64,000 nucleotides of DNA from Octopus vulgaris (Eukaryota), in assembly GCA_951406725.2 (NCBI GenBank), contig OX597816.1:28458001-28522000 (forward strand), given 5' to 3'. Below are positions 41,681-56,073 of this stretch, piece after piece. The notes under the pieces are model-generated. The model saw only the letters and a program-made list of their open reading frames with translations, searched no databases and was not told where the DNA came from. Each line of letters starts with the position of its first letter. The stretch's first letter is position 1. The position numbers were made by a program, and so were the translations under genes.

Positions 41681-42580
41681 ACTCAAACACACCCACTAGA
41701 CAACATTTACGTGCGGGCGCGCAATGGCACACTCCTACGCGCGAGTTCACACACACACTTCCCCTTTTGTCCCCTCACCGTCACCTGACCAATATAAAAG
41801 TTTACACCCATAAATCTTAACAGGAAGACAAGCATATCCCAACAGATCGGAGAGCAACTAATCCTGAGCAAAAGTCGGAACCAGTCAAGAGGTGACGGAT
41901 GACCAATGCACACACACACCTCGAAACACAAACACGTGCAGAAATAAACACGAATAGGAACTCACAAAACCACACACACGCACACGCATACGCGCACATA
42001 TCTTTACATTAGATTTGATTCGACGTTTCTGCAAATTAAATTCAATGTTGACCATCAGTCTTGGAAAGTTCGGAAACAAAATTGACAGAAAACACACACA
42101 AATACCGCTTGCCTAAATCGTAAAGACAAAGGTATATTGTATTTTACTATGATCTAATTTATTTAAATTCACTCGAGTCCTACCTATAACAACTGTAAAA
42201 TAATATAAACGAATTTTTCCTATATTCCCTGTTGCGCCTCCATAGAATTGAATGTCAAATGCAAACAGTTACATATTGAGATATATGGTGGATATATTCT
42301 TATGCATTTTGACGGTTTTTGTGAACTCTTATGAGTGCGGTTTCTTCAAATAAATAGCGATTATTGATTTCGAGTAACACATCGGGGCGATTTCTGTAAT
42401 TACAGTCAAGAGAGTTGTGTAAAACTTCGTATTCCTGTGTCAGCTGCAAAATGCATTGCTAGCAAAAATGGATTTCATGTATATGTGATGAATAATTATG
42501 CATCTCGCTCTCTCTCGCTCTCTCTCGGACTCTCTCGCTCTCTTTCTCTTTGCGCTTCCCTGTCTAGCTATCCATACATA

Positions 42581-42752
42581 GGCATAGGACTGGCTGTGTG
42601 GTAAGTAGCTTGCTTACGAACCAGATGGTTCCGGGTTCAGTCCCACTGCGTGGCATCTTTGACAGGTGTCTCCTACGATAGCCTCGGGCCGACCAAAGCC
42701 TTGTGAGTAAACTTGGTAGACGGGAACTGAAAAGAAGCCCGTCATATATATG

Positions 42753-42821
<69 letters not shown>

Positions 42822-43020
42822 GTTTATGTGTCTGTGTTTGTTCCCCCAACATCGCTTGACAACCGATGCAGGTGTGTTTATGTCCCCGTAACTTAGCGGT
42901 TCGACAAAAGAGCCGACAGAATAAGTGCTAGGCTTACAAAATAAGTGCTAGGGTCGATTTGCTCGGCAAGAGACGGTGCTCCAGCATGGTCACAGTCAAA
43001 TGACTGAAACAATTAAAATA
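42581..43020 (+). mobile_element. SINE family B (tRNA head, CORE-like segment, internal TA/TG microsatellite)
   Basis: tggctgtgtggtaag...ggttcagtccc head; ends aatgactgaaac plus A-rich tail; five related copies in the window. Confidence 0.88.
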
Positions 43021-43309
43021 AAAAAAAATAAAAAAAAATACATGAAATCATGATTGTAATAAATTGTTTATATAATTATTCGATATATATATACAAAATA
43101 TTCAAACGAAAAGCAAAATATTTTTTGCGAATTTCTTCTGCTCTTGGGCATGGTAAAATGGCGGCACGCATGAAGCTTTAATGTCTCTAAGCAGGTCAAT
43201 ATGAATATATGCATAAATATGTGTTTCATGTGTGTGTTGTGATGCAATAAAATGTTTATCGATATAATGCCACTGTTCATGTATACACGCATTTCTACAC
43301 ATGCACACA

Positions 43310-46300
43310 CACGCGCACACATACACACTCACACACATTGACACACGCATGCATACATACACACTCACACACAGTGACACACGCATGCATACATACACAC
43401 TCACACACAGTGACACACGCATGCACACATACACACTCACACACAGTGACACACTCACACACAGTGACACACGCATGCATACATACACACTCACACACAG
43501 TGACACACGCATGCATACATACACACTCACACACAGTGACACACGCATGCACACATACACACTCACACACAGTGACACACGCATGCATACATACACACTC
43601 ACACACAGTGACACACGCATGCATACATACACACTCACACACAGTGACACACGCATGCACACATACACACTCACACACATTGACACACGCATGCATACAC
43701 ACACACTCACATACAGTGACACACGCATGCATACATACACACTCACACACAGTGACACACGCATGCATACATACACACTCACACACAGTGACACACGCAT
43801 ACATACACACTCACACACAGTGACACACGCATGCATACATACACACTCACACACAGTGACACACGCATGCATACATACACACTCACACACAGTGACACAC
43901 GCATGCATACATACACACTCACACACAGTGACACACGCATGCATACATACACACTCACACACAGTGACACACGCATGCATACATACACACTCACACACAG
44001 TGACACACGCATGCATACATACACACTCACATACAGTGACACACGCATGCACACATACACACTCACACACAGTGACACACGCATGCACACATACACACTC
44101 ACACACATTGACACACGCATGCATACATACACACTCACACACAGTGACACACGCATGCATACATACACACTCACACACAGTGACACACGCATGCATACAT
44201 ACACACTCACACACAGTGACACACGCATGCACACATACACACTCACACACATTGACACACGCATGCATATATACACACTCACACACAGTGACACACGCAT
44301 GCACACATACACACTCACACACAGTGACACACGCATGCATACATACACACTCACATACAGTGACACACGCATGCACACATACACACTCACACACATTGAC
44401 ACACGCATGCATACATACACACTCACACACAGTGACACACGCATGCACACATACACACTCACACACATTGACACACGCATGCATACATACACACTCACAC
44501 ACAGTGACACACGCATGCACACATACACACTCACACACAGTGACACACGCATGCATACATACACACTCACACACAGTGACACACGCATGCATACATACAC
44601 ACTCACACACAGTGACACAGGCATGCACACATACACACTCACACACATTGACACACGCATGCATACATACACACTCACACACAGTGACACACGCATGAAC
44701 ACATACACACTCACACTCAGTGACACACGCATGCATACATACACACTCACACACAGTGACACACGCATGCACACATACACACTCACACACAGTGACACAC
44801 GCATGCATACATACACACTCACACACAGTGACACACTCATGCACACATACACACTCACACACAGTGACAAACGCATGCATACATACACACTCACAGACAG
44901 TGACACACGCATGCACACATACACACTCACACACAGTGACACACGCATGCACACATACACACTCACACACAGTGACACACGCATGCACACATACACACTC
45001 ACACACAGTGACACACGCATGCATACATACACACTCACACACAGTGACACACGCATGCACACATACACACTCACACACAGTGACACAAGCATGCATACAT
45101 ACACACTCACACACATTGACACACGCATGCATACATACACACTCACACACAGTGACACACGCATGCATACATACACACTCACACACAGTGACACACGCAT
45201 GCACACATACACACTCACACACATTGACACACGCATGCATACATACACACTCACACACAGTGACACACGCATGCACACATACACACTCACACACAGTGAC
45301 ACACGCATGCATACATACACACTCACACACAGTGACACACGCATGCACACATACACACTCACACACAGTGACACACGCATGCATACATACACACTCACAC
45401 ACAGTGACACACGCATGCACACATACACACTCACACACATTGACACACGCATGCATACATACACACTCACACACAGTGACACACGCATGCATACATACAC
45501 ACTCACACACAGTGACACACGCATGCACACATACACACTCACACACATTGACACACGCATGCACACATACACACTCACACACAGTGACACACGCATGCAC
45601 ACATACACACTCACACACAGTGACACACGCATGCATACATACACACTCACACACAGTGACACACGCATGCACACATACACACTCACACACAGTGACACAC
45701 GCATGCATACATACACACTCACACACATTGACACACGCATGCATACATACACACTCACACACAGTGACACACGCATGCATACATACACACTCACACACAG
45801 TGACACACGCATGCATACATACACACTCACATACAGTGACACACGCATGCACACATACACACTCACACACAGTGACACACGCATGCATACATACACACTC
45901 ACACACAGTGACACACGCATGCATACATACACACTCACACACAGTGACACACGCATGCATACATACACACTCACACACAGTGACACACACATGCACACAT
46001 ACACACTCACACACATTGACACACGCATGCATACATACACACTCACACACAGTGACACACGCATGCACACATACACACTCACACACAGTGACACACGCAT
46101 GCATACATACACACTCACACACAGTGACACACGCATGCATACATACACACTCACACACAGTGACACACGCATGCATACATACACACTCACACACAGTGAC
46201 ACACGCATGCACACATACACACTCACACACATTGACACACGCATGCATACATACACACTCACACACAGTGACACACGCATGCATACATACACACTCACAC

Positions 46301-46318
46301 ACAGTGACACACGCATGT
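43310..46318. repeat. 36-bp minisatellite, roughly 83 units (acacacgcatgcaYacatacacactcacacacaKtg)
   Basis: Direct tandem periodicity; 12-aa periodicity in the overlapping ORFs. Confidence 0.97.
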
Positions 46319-47999
46319 GCACATATGTATATACATATATATACATATATACACACAAACACTCACACACAAACACACGTCAGATTGTAAAATTCTACGA
46401 TGTCAATGTGGGTGATATTTCAGATTGTTTTATTCTCAAGGAAAAGGAATAACTTGACAACTGTGGTGCTGTATTTCAATTGAATTAAGCCAATCGTATT
46501 CATTATGTAAAATGTGATAATTTTGTAAATACGCTACTGGCCACAGTCATCTCCCGAATAGAAGGTTTGCTCTGCCTTCCAGAAATTCTGGGAAAAGGAA
46601 ATCGACAGTAATCCTGAATGTTACTTTATTTGCTATTACAGTACAATTAATTAACTTCAATAGTTGAAGTCCCGAAAAGACCGAATGAGCTCTGTAATTC
46701 ATGTAAATACAACATAAACACCGTTCCTTCTCATGCTTCCAAACCGAAACAAAAAGACAGCCACTCAAGACATTAAGAACTATTCGATACCAATAGAGTA
46801 TTCAACGCTTTTCGTGGGGGAAATGTGGCTTAATTGTAGTAAATCAAGATTTTTGTGTTGTATGGCAATTGACATACCTGTATTTGTCTGTGTTGATCGA
46901 GTATATGAGGGTAGCTACTCTGAGTTATTTCTCTTAAAATCACTTTGCTCAAACTATGCAAATTACCCTTACCATAAACTAGCTCGACTCTTTTTGTACA
47001 AATCTAAGTTAGGATGGTCATCACGCTGTTAATTGCTATTGAGACCGAAACATGTGTCTACATCTGCCCTTTCACCTCTAGACTATATACCTGCCCTTTG
47101 TCCTAATGGCATGACAATATCTTAGAATCTTGGATTTTTGAGATCATATCCCTTTCTCAAAGGGAACGGGTCTTAACTATGATACATTCTCTGGAGGAGG
47201 GATGATGCCAATAGACCAAGAATTGATGTATTATTTTTGATATATCTTTGTTTATCTAGTCATATACTCATGTTCATACTATCGTTGACCTGTCAACAAG
47301 AATACAACGAACAGGTAACATAGCTAAATGCTCATACAGTCACATATATTATCATTGAAATGTTAACTTCGGCGGACGCACCTACTAGACCAACAGAAGC
47401 TGCAAACCTCTTTCGCATTAAAATTTATGCATTGGAGTGCATCCAAGTGCATTTTTCCGATTTTATGGATATCACCCGACAACTGCAGAGGTCCAGATGT
47501 TGTCTGTAAACATTGCGACATGCGTGGCCTATCGGAAATTGTGCTTCCGGCATTCCACAACCACATCGTTTACTGCACTCTGTTCTCAAATTATCACGTT
47601 TCGAGCCTGCACTCGTTATGCAGTTTCCATGGATCTTTCTTAGCACGGATCTTTCCATTGCATCGTAGCTAATTAATATTCTAAGCTCTTCGAAAAATCT
47701 ACACCTCACTTGTGTATAAGAGAGAAGGCAGGACGATGCTATTCAAGAGTCTGTCAAGTATCGTCAAACTTTATTTTGAGCACATCCATTATTTAGTTAA
47801 ACAACGTCCGTCTTGTCGTTAATCTCTTTCAAATTTCAGCTGCCAAGTCTTGGCCCGTATTCACTGTGTGGCCGAAGTAAACGTAATCGTTTAGTTCTTC
47901 GATTTCATCTCTTCTGACCTCTATAGAGATTTGTCGTTCGACCGCATGTAGTTGGTTTACATGCGCTTCATTTATATATATGCTGCTAAACTATGAGAA

Positions 48000-48670
48000 A
48001 CCATCTCTTTCAGCATGGTCAATAGGTTGGAATTTTAACAACGGGTGCAATGTCATCTGTGAATTAGAGGCGTGGAGGCACATGGCCTAGTGGTTAGAGC
48101 AGCGGACTCGTGGTCGAGGGATCGCGGGTTCGAATCTCAGACCGGGCGATGTGCGTGTTTATGAGTGAAACACCTAAGCTCCATGCGGCTCAGGCAGAAG
48201 ATAATGGCGAACTTCTACTGACTCTTTCGCCACAACTTTCTCTCACTCTTTTCTCTTGCATCTTGCAGCTCACCTGCGACGGACCGGCGTCCCGTCCCTG
48301 TGGGGAACCTATACGCCAAGGAAACAGGGAAACCGGCCCTTATGAGCCAGACATGGCTCGAGAAGGAACAAGCAAAAACAAAAATTAGAGGTACATAGTT
48401 GCTGGCTATTGATGTCCACGCCATCTCTTCAATCAATGTCGTTGATGCACACTCCTTTAAATGCTGTAGAAGAACTTTGGAGACCTGGTATCTCCTTGTT
48501 TGACATCCTTCTCAAATGGCACCCTTACTGGTAGGGATACCAGAGTTATATCTGCTATGCATACCAGTGATCGTATCTTTCAGCAGTTTGATGCACTGCA
48601 CCCCCACGTCCTTCATTTCTATAGATACCAACAACGTATTCATCAGGACGCTGGCGAAGGAAATTTCGAA
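48000..48670 (-). mobile_element. Degenerate RTE-like LINE reverse-transcriptase fragment interrupted by a SINE
   Basis: Minus strand FASVLMNTLL..., VRVPFEKDVKQGDTRSPKFF, GVDINSQQL, then FTDDIAPV on the far side of the SINE. Confidence 0.6.
48071..48382 (+). mobile_element. tRNA-head SINE family C (family-A-like head, different 3' body)
   Basis: tggcctagtggttag / ggttcgaatc boxes; A-rich tail; 9-bp TSD aattagagg (48062-48070 / 48383-48391). Confidence 0.88.
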
Positions 48671-48970
48671 AAGCCAGCTAAGAAAATACACATTTGAAGC
48701 TTGCATTCGAATACACGCACAGATACGCGCGCGCGAACACGTGTGTTTAAAATTCTAAAGTAGCAACTATCAGTGACAGCTACAATTATTACAGCAGTAC
48801 GAGCTTCATTCGAAATGTTCATATTTTTAGCACTCGTTATAGATATGCTGCTGATTCAGTAATTATATTACACGTATAGTTAGTTAATCCAAACATGAAA
48901 ACACAACAACGCGAGGACGTGGAACAAGTATAGTATTATTGGACACTCGGGAAATAAGGAAAGAAGGAGG

Positions 48971-49005
48971 GTTTAACGTTTCGAGCGGAGCTCTTCGTCA
49001 GAAGC
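48971..49005 (-). ncRNA. Minimal hammerhead ribozyme motif (C3-G8, extra A after A9) in a short repeat at ~48880-49078
   Basis: Minus strand: GCUU CUGACGA A GAGC UCC GCUC GAA ACGU U AAAC. Confidence 0.65.
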
Positions 49006-49107
49006 ACGGGAAAAGGAAAGATCCAAAGAAGGGAAGACGAAGGAAAAAAAATCGCCAACGGTTCACACGCGGTCACATTATATATATGTATATAAGTATG
49101 TATGTAT

Positions 49108-49184
<77 letters not shown>

Positions 49185-49317
49185 TATGTATGTATTTATG
49201 CATGCATGTATATGAATATATATATATATATATATGCTTATGTGTGTGTGTATGTGTGTGCACCCCACATGATTAAGGTTTATAACAACGGCTCTTATAC
49301 TAATGATAAAGATGATT

Positions 49318-49349
<32 letters not shown>

Positions 49350-50178
49350 AGGCTAACAAATAATATGTAAATTAAAAATGAAAATCCAGGCGACAACGTC
49401 TGATCGTGAAGTCTCAAATGTTCAACAAAACATGTCTCAACTGGTTTGCAATTATAGCCACACTAAATCAGGCAGAACTTTTGCATATATGCAGACAAAT
49501 ACAGCAAATTCTACACATATAAAACATGTATGATGTCACCGGCTAAAGAAATGTGTAATTCATTAACAACTAATGATATAAAGAACATTTCTGTCATTAT
49601 CATGACATTTGAAACTGGTTAGATTGAGAATAGTGAAAGTTGCTCATATTTGATGCTTCTGAGTTACTGAAGGTACTTATATCACAATTTTATATCCACT
49701 CTTTCTAGTTGCATTTATTTTAAATGACAATGAAAAATTATGTCAAACTTATGCAAAGTTATGTCAAGATCCATACATGGATCTGCATTTGATGAAGCCG
49801 AATCTATCTTTATAAATGGTGATAATACCGGAAATATAGAACAAAAATCAATTTGAGTTTGTGATCAATCTTGACGTGATAGATCAAAACGGATTTCATT
49901 TTTTAAATCAGCAATCAGAAGATTTTTGTAGACATTACTTCAACACCAGACAATAAAAACCATGTTCTCCAGTGAAATGTCTATGTAAGAGAAATGTTTA
50001 GCTATTATAACATACACTTAACCGATTATAAATAAATAATTTTCACGTAGTGAAGCTGAATGTATAGACTAATTGCACGTAATGATTAGTTACTTTCGAT
50101 CAATAATCAAGTAAAATATAGTTTCTAATTAACATATGAGAATTTAATCAATAAACTACACGCCCACACTGATATTGA

Positions 50179-50235
<57 letters not shown>

Positions 50236-50236
<1 letters not shown>

Positions 50237-50695
50237 TTGCTCCAGTTCACTTAGCCGTAGAAATGAGTTGCGACGTCAAAGATGCCAAGCTGTATCGGTT
50301 CCTTTGCCTTTCCTTTGGATAACACTGGTGGCGTGTAGAGGAGAGGCCGGTATGCATGGGTGACTGCTGGTCTTCCATAAACAACCTTACTTGGACTTGT
50401 GTGCCTGGGAGGGTAACTTTCTAGGTGCCATCCCATGGTCTTTGTCGTGACCGAAAAGGGGTCTCAGGCCTATAAATACACTCTACATAACCTCTGAATA
50501 AAGTCGGTGAGATATGCTAAACTCAAAAGCACTTACAAAAAAGCCCTCATCAATGAGGAGAAACTAAAACAAAGTGAAATAAAAATAAAGGAAGGGAAGA
50601 TCGCGCAGGTACAATGGAGTGAGATGTTTCGATTGTTTAATCGTTTTGTAGCCAACAGGAATTGGAAGAATTTATTCGTCGTTATGGTCTCTTTG

Positions 50696-50700
<5 letters not shown>
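50236..50700 (+). mobile_element. Headless SINE family D plus 183 bp of flank; inverted duplicate of 52141-52604 lying inside (TA)n
   Basis: Reverse-complement match including non-SINE flank; (TA)n at both ends. Confidence 0.88.
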
Positions 50701-50744
<44 letters not shown>

Positions 50745-50746
<2 letters not shown>

Positions 50747-51883
50747 GGGGGACACGCTCACATATACATATTCATTAAGTGCAAAGAATTTTGGAGGACA
50801 TTAGTTTTCTGTATATTACTCTCATCAAATCATATTATTTCTTTCGTAGCTTCAAACGCAGATAAATTGCTAACACAAGAAATGTAAAAACATGCAGTCA
50901 TTGTTGCTTTATTCTTGAACATGTGATTTAGAAATTGCTGTCATTCTAAGTTTTGCAAGATTTTTTGTACACAAAATTCAGGTGGAACTGAATGCCTCTA
51001 GCGAGATTATTTCAACTGTATCAAAAAGATAAAGAAGCCTTCCAAATATTCGGACACTATAACGACACCACAATTCATCCACCAGTTTCAAAACTATTGA
51101 TGTCGATCCAGGGAAATCAACGACAGCATCGCCAAGAAATACTAGTGTCGTATATATTCTCACCTGCAAAGACAACTGAACACAGTTTGTTCCGTACCAA
51201 ATGGTTACTTAACGTTAAAAACCTCATGAACATAGCATTAGACTCAGTCCAAATCTCTAATAGAAAATATGATAAACGGCTATGTCCAGATCTTTCTCAT
51301 GTTCTTAATCTATTGCACGCTAAGTTTCGAGCAACAGGGGTAGTTTTAGGAGTGGTGAGTAACAAAAGTCATGTCATGCTACCTCATATCTCTCCACATG
51401 AGCCTGCTGTTAAGCTATGAATGCTTGCTGTACGCAGTGCAAAGTCATACATATGTCAATACAACTCAGCACATACTTACTCAGTCAATGTAAGCCAAGT
51501 ATGGATGTTAGAAAATACTTACTATGCTTTAACACCAAAACTGTGTCGTTCAAACTCACATGATTACAATCCCAAGAACTACTACGTTAAGAGCATTGTT
51601 GAAAGGGAAACTAGACAATATCCTCACACTACCATCGCTTCAGCGAAGGCTGCTTTTATCTAGGTGATGTCCAATATGAAGGAGGACCATTTAGTGTAGG
51701 TTTGGTGATAATTCCAGTATCACGTTATTGCAGTCATCGAAGATGAAGGCAGATTTATAGAGTAAACTTATGTTATCGACAGCATCTGCACAAATTTTTA
51801 TGAAAATACATTTGATTTTTGCTCGATTAGAGATGTTTTATTAAATTACAAAATATGCCCTCAAATACTCTTGGCATTATGTA
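50745..51883 (+). mobile_element. Highly degenerate DD37D/maT-type Tc1-mariner transposon
   Basis: NRKYDKRLCPD, KFRATGVVLGVVSNKSHVMLPHI and CRSNSHDYNPKNYYVKSIVERET align by eye with the motifs in 62033-63253; right end resembles its TIR. Confidence 0.6.
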
Positions 51884-52323
51884 GATATGCAGGTGTATGT
51901 GTGTGTGGGGGTTATGCGTAGAGTGATTAGTGTAGGTACAATAAGTCAAAGATATTTATAAGTAACTCGAATATTATAAGTATGATACAAATTGACACGA
52001 GCCGATTGCACATTGATGCATAGGAAACTCTACCAATCTACACACCTTATCTTCTTATGAATATACAGAATGACTACTCGCAAATAGAGAGAGAACATGC
52101 CAAAACTGGAGATATAAAGGAGTCGCAAATTTACAGATTTATTTTCAAGGAGACCATAACGACGAATAAATTCTTCCAATTCCTGTTGGCTACAAAACGA
52201 TTAAACAATCGAAACATCTCACTCCTCTGTACCTGCGCGATCTTCCCTTCCTTTATTTGTATTTCATTTAGTTTTAGTTTCTCCTCATTGATGAGGGCTT
52301 TTTTGTAAGTACTTTTGAGTTTA

Positions 52324-52713
52324 GCATATCTCACCGACTTTATTCAGAGGTTATGTAGAGTGTATTTATAGGCCTGAGACCCTTTTCGGTCACGACAAAG
52401 ACCATGGGATTGCACCTAGAAAGTTACCCTCCCAGGCACACAAGTCCAAGTAAGGTTGTTTATGGAAGACCAGCAGTCACCCATGCATACCGGCCTCCCC
52501 TCTCCACGCCACCAGTGTTATCCAAGAGAAAGGCAAAGGGACCGATACAGCTTGGCACCTGTGCCGTTGGAACTCATTTCTACACCTGAGTGAGCTGGAG
52601 CAACGTGAAATAAAGTTTCTTACTCAAGAACACAACACGCAGCCCGGTCCGAGATTCGAGCTCACAACCTCAGGATCGTAAGCTCGACGCTCTAACCACT
52701 GAGCCATGCGCCT
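52324..52713 (-). mobile_element. tRNA-head SINE family D, full length
   Basis: Minus strand aggcgcatggctcagtggttagagcg...ctcgaatctc head; body shared with 50236-50517 and 56074-56378. Confidence 0.88.
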
Positions 52714-53796
52714 TTATAAGTAATGTATATCAAAAGGACACAAGCACATCCACACACAGTCTTAGTCTTATATACATACACATATATATATAAATACAGA
52801 CCTTTAAATTGAAGAGGAAGGAAAATAATATTTCATATGTGGCATACAATGTAAGCATGTACTTATTTCAACTAAAAGATGGTTAAATACTGTAACAAAG
52901 TAGATAATGAAAGTGGAATACTTGTCTGAATTTCAGTTGAAGTTAATAAATTTATTTAACTCAAGATCATGTATTGAGTTCAATTCACTATTTCTATTAT
53001 TTAAAAATGTGTCTGGATTCTGTGTGCGCATAAGTTTGTGTAACGTCGAACTATATATGAACGTAATTCATAAAAAAATTAATTAAACGCTGTATTCTAC
53101 TTAACATTATCGACTGATTGAGAGATCCTTGAAATAAGATTTGTCTGTTTTTATATACTACAAAACACAGCATACACACAGGCACACTCACATAAAAACA
53201 CACATTCACACACACATATAGAAGCATCTATAAGAATATATGTATGCTGTGTGTGCTAGAAGACACGAACAAGCACACACACACACATAAGCACATATAT
53301 ATTTTCTATATGCAGGAGAAAGTAAATCGCACGCAAGAATTTTATTTATTTCTTGTTCAGTGAAATGTACATAATTTGCAGGAAGTATATATAAATAGTG
53401 TATCAGCAAAGATTGCAGATTTGCAGAAAATATGTTGTATTTATTTGAAACCAAGAAAAATAGACGAAACAAAAATTAAACTCAACATTAGTTTCAATCA
53501 AATGTTTCGTTTCTTTTTTCTGCATTCCATCTTCCTCCTGGTAGTGTATAAATATATCTATGTATCTATGCACTGGAGTAGTTTGTTCTCGCCATATATT
53601 TTATTTGTGAAATTCCCATATGTATCAAGTTCACGATCCATTATTTGGGAGGTATTAGAATATCACCAGTACACATAGATAGATAGATACACACACACAA
53701 CAATATATATATATATATATACACATGTATATATGTGTGTTTACATATTTATGTATATTTCAATGATTGTATGTATGTCTGTATCTATCTATCTGT

Positions 53797-53925
<129 letters not shown>

Positions 53926-54059
53926 TAAACGTAAACATGTACATATTTGTAGTGCATGGGGTAGACAATATCACACACACATACACACACAGGATCATGT
54001 ATACAGAATGTTCAGTCTTCCTTCTTCTTAGCTCTCCTGTGTGACCCTTCTGTCCAGCA

Positions 54060-54241
54060 TTCACCTTGATATATCGCTAGCCCCTCCTTGTTTCCCTCCT
54101 TGTTTCTTTCTGTGTTCCTTTCTGTGGAAGAGCGGAGGCTCGAAACGTTAAAGACTTTTTCCAATTCCCGAACGTTATATTAACATCTGTTTGATTTCTA
54201 TACTAACTGTGTTCGTATTTTGTTTTATTGTGAATTTTTCC

Positions 54242-54242
<1 letters not shown>
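54060..54242 (+). mobile_element. Family H2 repeat with hammerhead-like motif at 54118-54153
   Basis: CUUU CUGUGGA A GAGC GGAG GCUC GAA ACGU U AAAG; ends at (TA)n. Confidence 0.6.
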
Positions 54243-54296
<54 letters not shown>

Positions 54297-54503
54297 ATGC
54301 ATACACACACACACACACACGTGTGTTCATGTGTGTGTGTGTATTTGCTTATGGGTTTGCCTCTCAAAACTTCCTGACGGCAGGCGTTTGCGTGTTTACG
54401 TGTCCACAACATAGCGGTTGAGCAAAAAAAAAGTACCGATAGAAAAGTACGTATCTATCTATATCCATACTTGTATATATGTAAAAACAACAACTAAAAC
54501 AAG

Positions 54504-54504
54504 A

Positions 54505-54554
<50 letters not shown>

Positions 54555-54564
54555 CACCACCACC

Positions 54565-54613
<49 letters not shown>
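54504..54613. repeat. (ACT)n(ACC)n(ACT)n compound microsatellite
   Basis: Seen directly. Confidence 0.95.
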
Positions 54614-55100
54614 GCCAACATCATTTTCAAAAATTCTTACTTCTATTTCCTGCAACTATAAACATTTAAGCTTATAAGAAAAAAAGCGGACTTTCCAACC
54701 TGTTCTGATGTAAAATTAATTTGATTCAATAAAATTTTCACTTTGCTTGTAGCATATATAAATCGGCTTAAATAATTGAAGCCGTTTGCTTATCGTACTA
54801 CAAATGAAAATATTTTCTTCCTTTTATTCATATGTTCTCAACGCAAATTGTTCCTTTTTGTTAAAGATCCATAAAGAAATTCGAATGATTGCTTTGGTAC
54901 AATGGAAGAAAACTTGTAATATCTACAGTTTTAGTGGGACCGAGTCTCACGGACAGCATTCGACTCCTTCTGTCAGAAACGTTTAACAACGTCGAAATCA
55001 AGTTCCAAACTAGGATTTTTTTAGTATATATAAAAATATTCATGTAGACAGAGACACACCCACACACACTTATCACAATTTGTATGTGTGTCGGTGTGTA

Positions 55101-55162
<62 letters not shown>

Positions 55163-55634
55163 ACTACACTCATATATATATTAAATATATATATATACGT
55201 GGAGGCGTATTCAATTCTTATTGCCTATAAACTATAAGTGTGACTATAAATATATTGTATGTACAATTTATTTCTGATATTTTGATGAAATATATAAATA
55301 TACAAGAAAATACAAAGCAAAACAAGCTGTATTATGTTTGAGCAAATAATCCGAATGTATTCGCTTGCATTCAAAAGCCATGAAACTTTTTCTTTAGAAT
55401 GCCAAATTTGGGTTTGGGTTTACTTGTCTGATAAAATCGATGTTGATATTTTAAAGCTATCGATAAAGGACAGCGCTGTTGACTTTTAAACCAACATAAT
55501 GTTGATATTTAATGAGTATACATACAAACATACATACATACATACATACATACATACATACATACATACATACATGCATACATGCATACATACATACATA
55601 CATTTATACACACATACATACATACATGCATACA

Positions 55635-55710
<76 letters not shown>

Positions 55711-55724
55711 TGTGTATGTATAGC

Positions 55725-56045
55725 AGAAGCACAGTGTCCCAGTCGTTAGGGCAGCGGACCCGCGGTAATAGGATCGCGGTTTCGATTCCCAGACCGGGCG
55801 TGTGATTATTTATAGAGCGAAAACACTTAAAACCCCACGAGTCTCCGGCAGGGGGTGTTGGCGAGGCCTGCTGTACTGTTTCTCTCACTCTTCTTGTTTC
55901 TGATGTACCTAAATTTGAAAGCTGTGTCACGCTGAATCTCCCCGAGAACTAAATTAAGGGTACACGCACATGCCTGTGGTGTGTTCAGCCACTTGCATTT
56001 AATTTCACGAGGAGGCTGTTCCGTTGATCGGATCAACTGGAAACC
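55725..56045 (+). mobile_element. SINE family A, diverged
   Basis: Matches 15497-15875 with deletions. Confidence 0.8.
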
Positions 56046-56073
56046 TAATGTATGTATGTATGTATGTATGTAT

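Noticed and set aside
43310-46318. CRISPR-like 36-bp repeat length
   Set aside because: Units are head-to-tail with no unique spacers, there are no cas genes, and the context is eukaryotic
43102-46452. Very long Cys/His/Thr-rich ORFs (up to 1086 aa) on both strands
   Set aside because: They are translations of the 36-bp minisatellite, open in several frames at once, with no coding signature
47360-47940. Possible old mariner N-terminal remnant on the minus strand
   Set aside because: Similarity too weak to support by eye
49800-49975. Possible DNA transposon end (...ccagtg)
   Set aside because: No matching opposite terminus or TSD found
50507-50887. Duplicated ORF MRYAKLKSTYKK... (also 52131-52334)
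   Set aside because: Arises from the inverted duplication; starts at GTG inside a SINE end, and the 50507 copy runs into (TA)n
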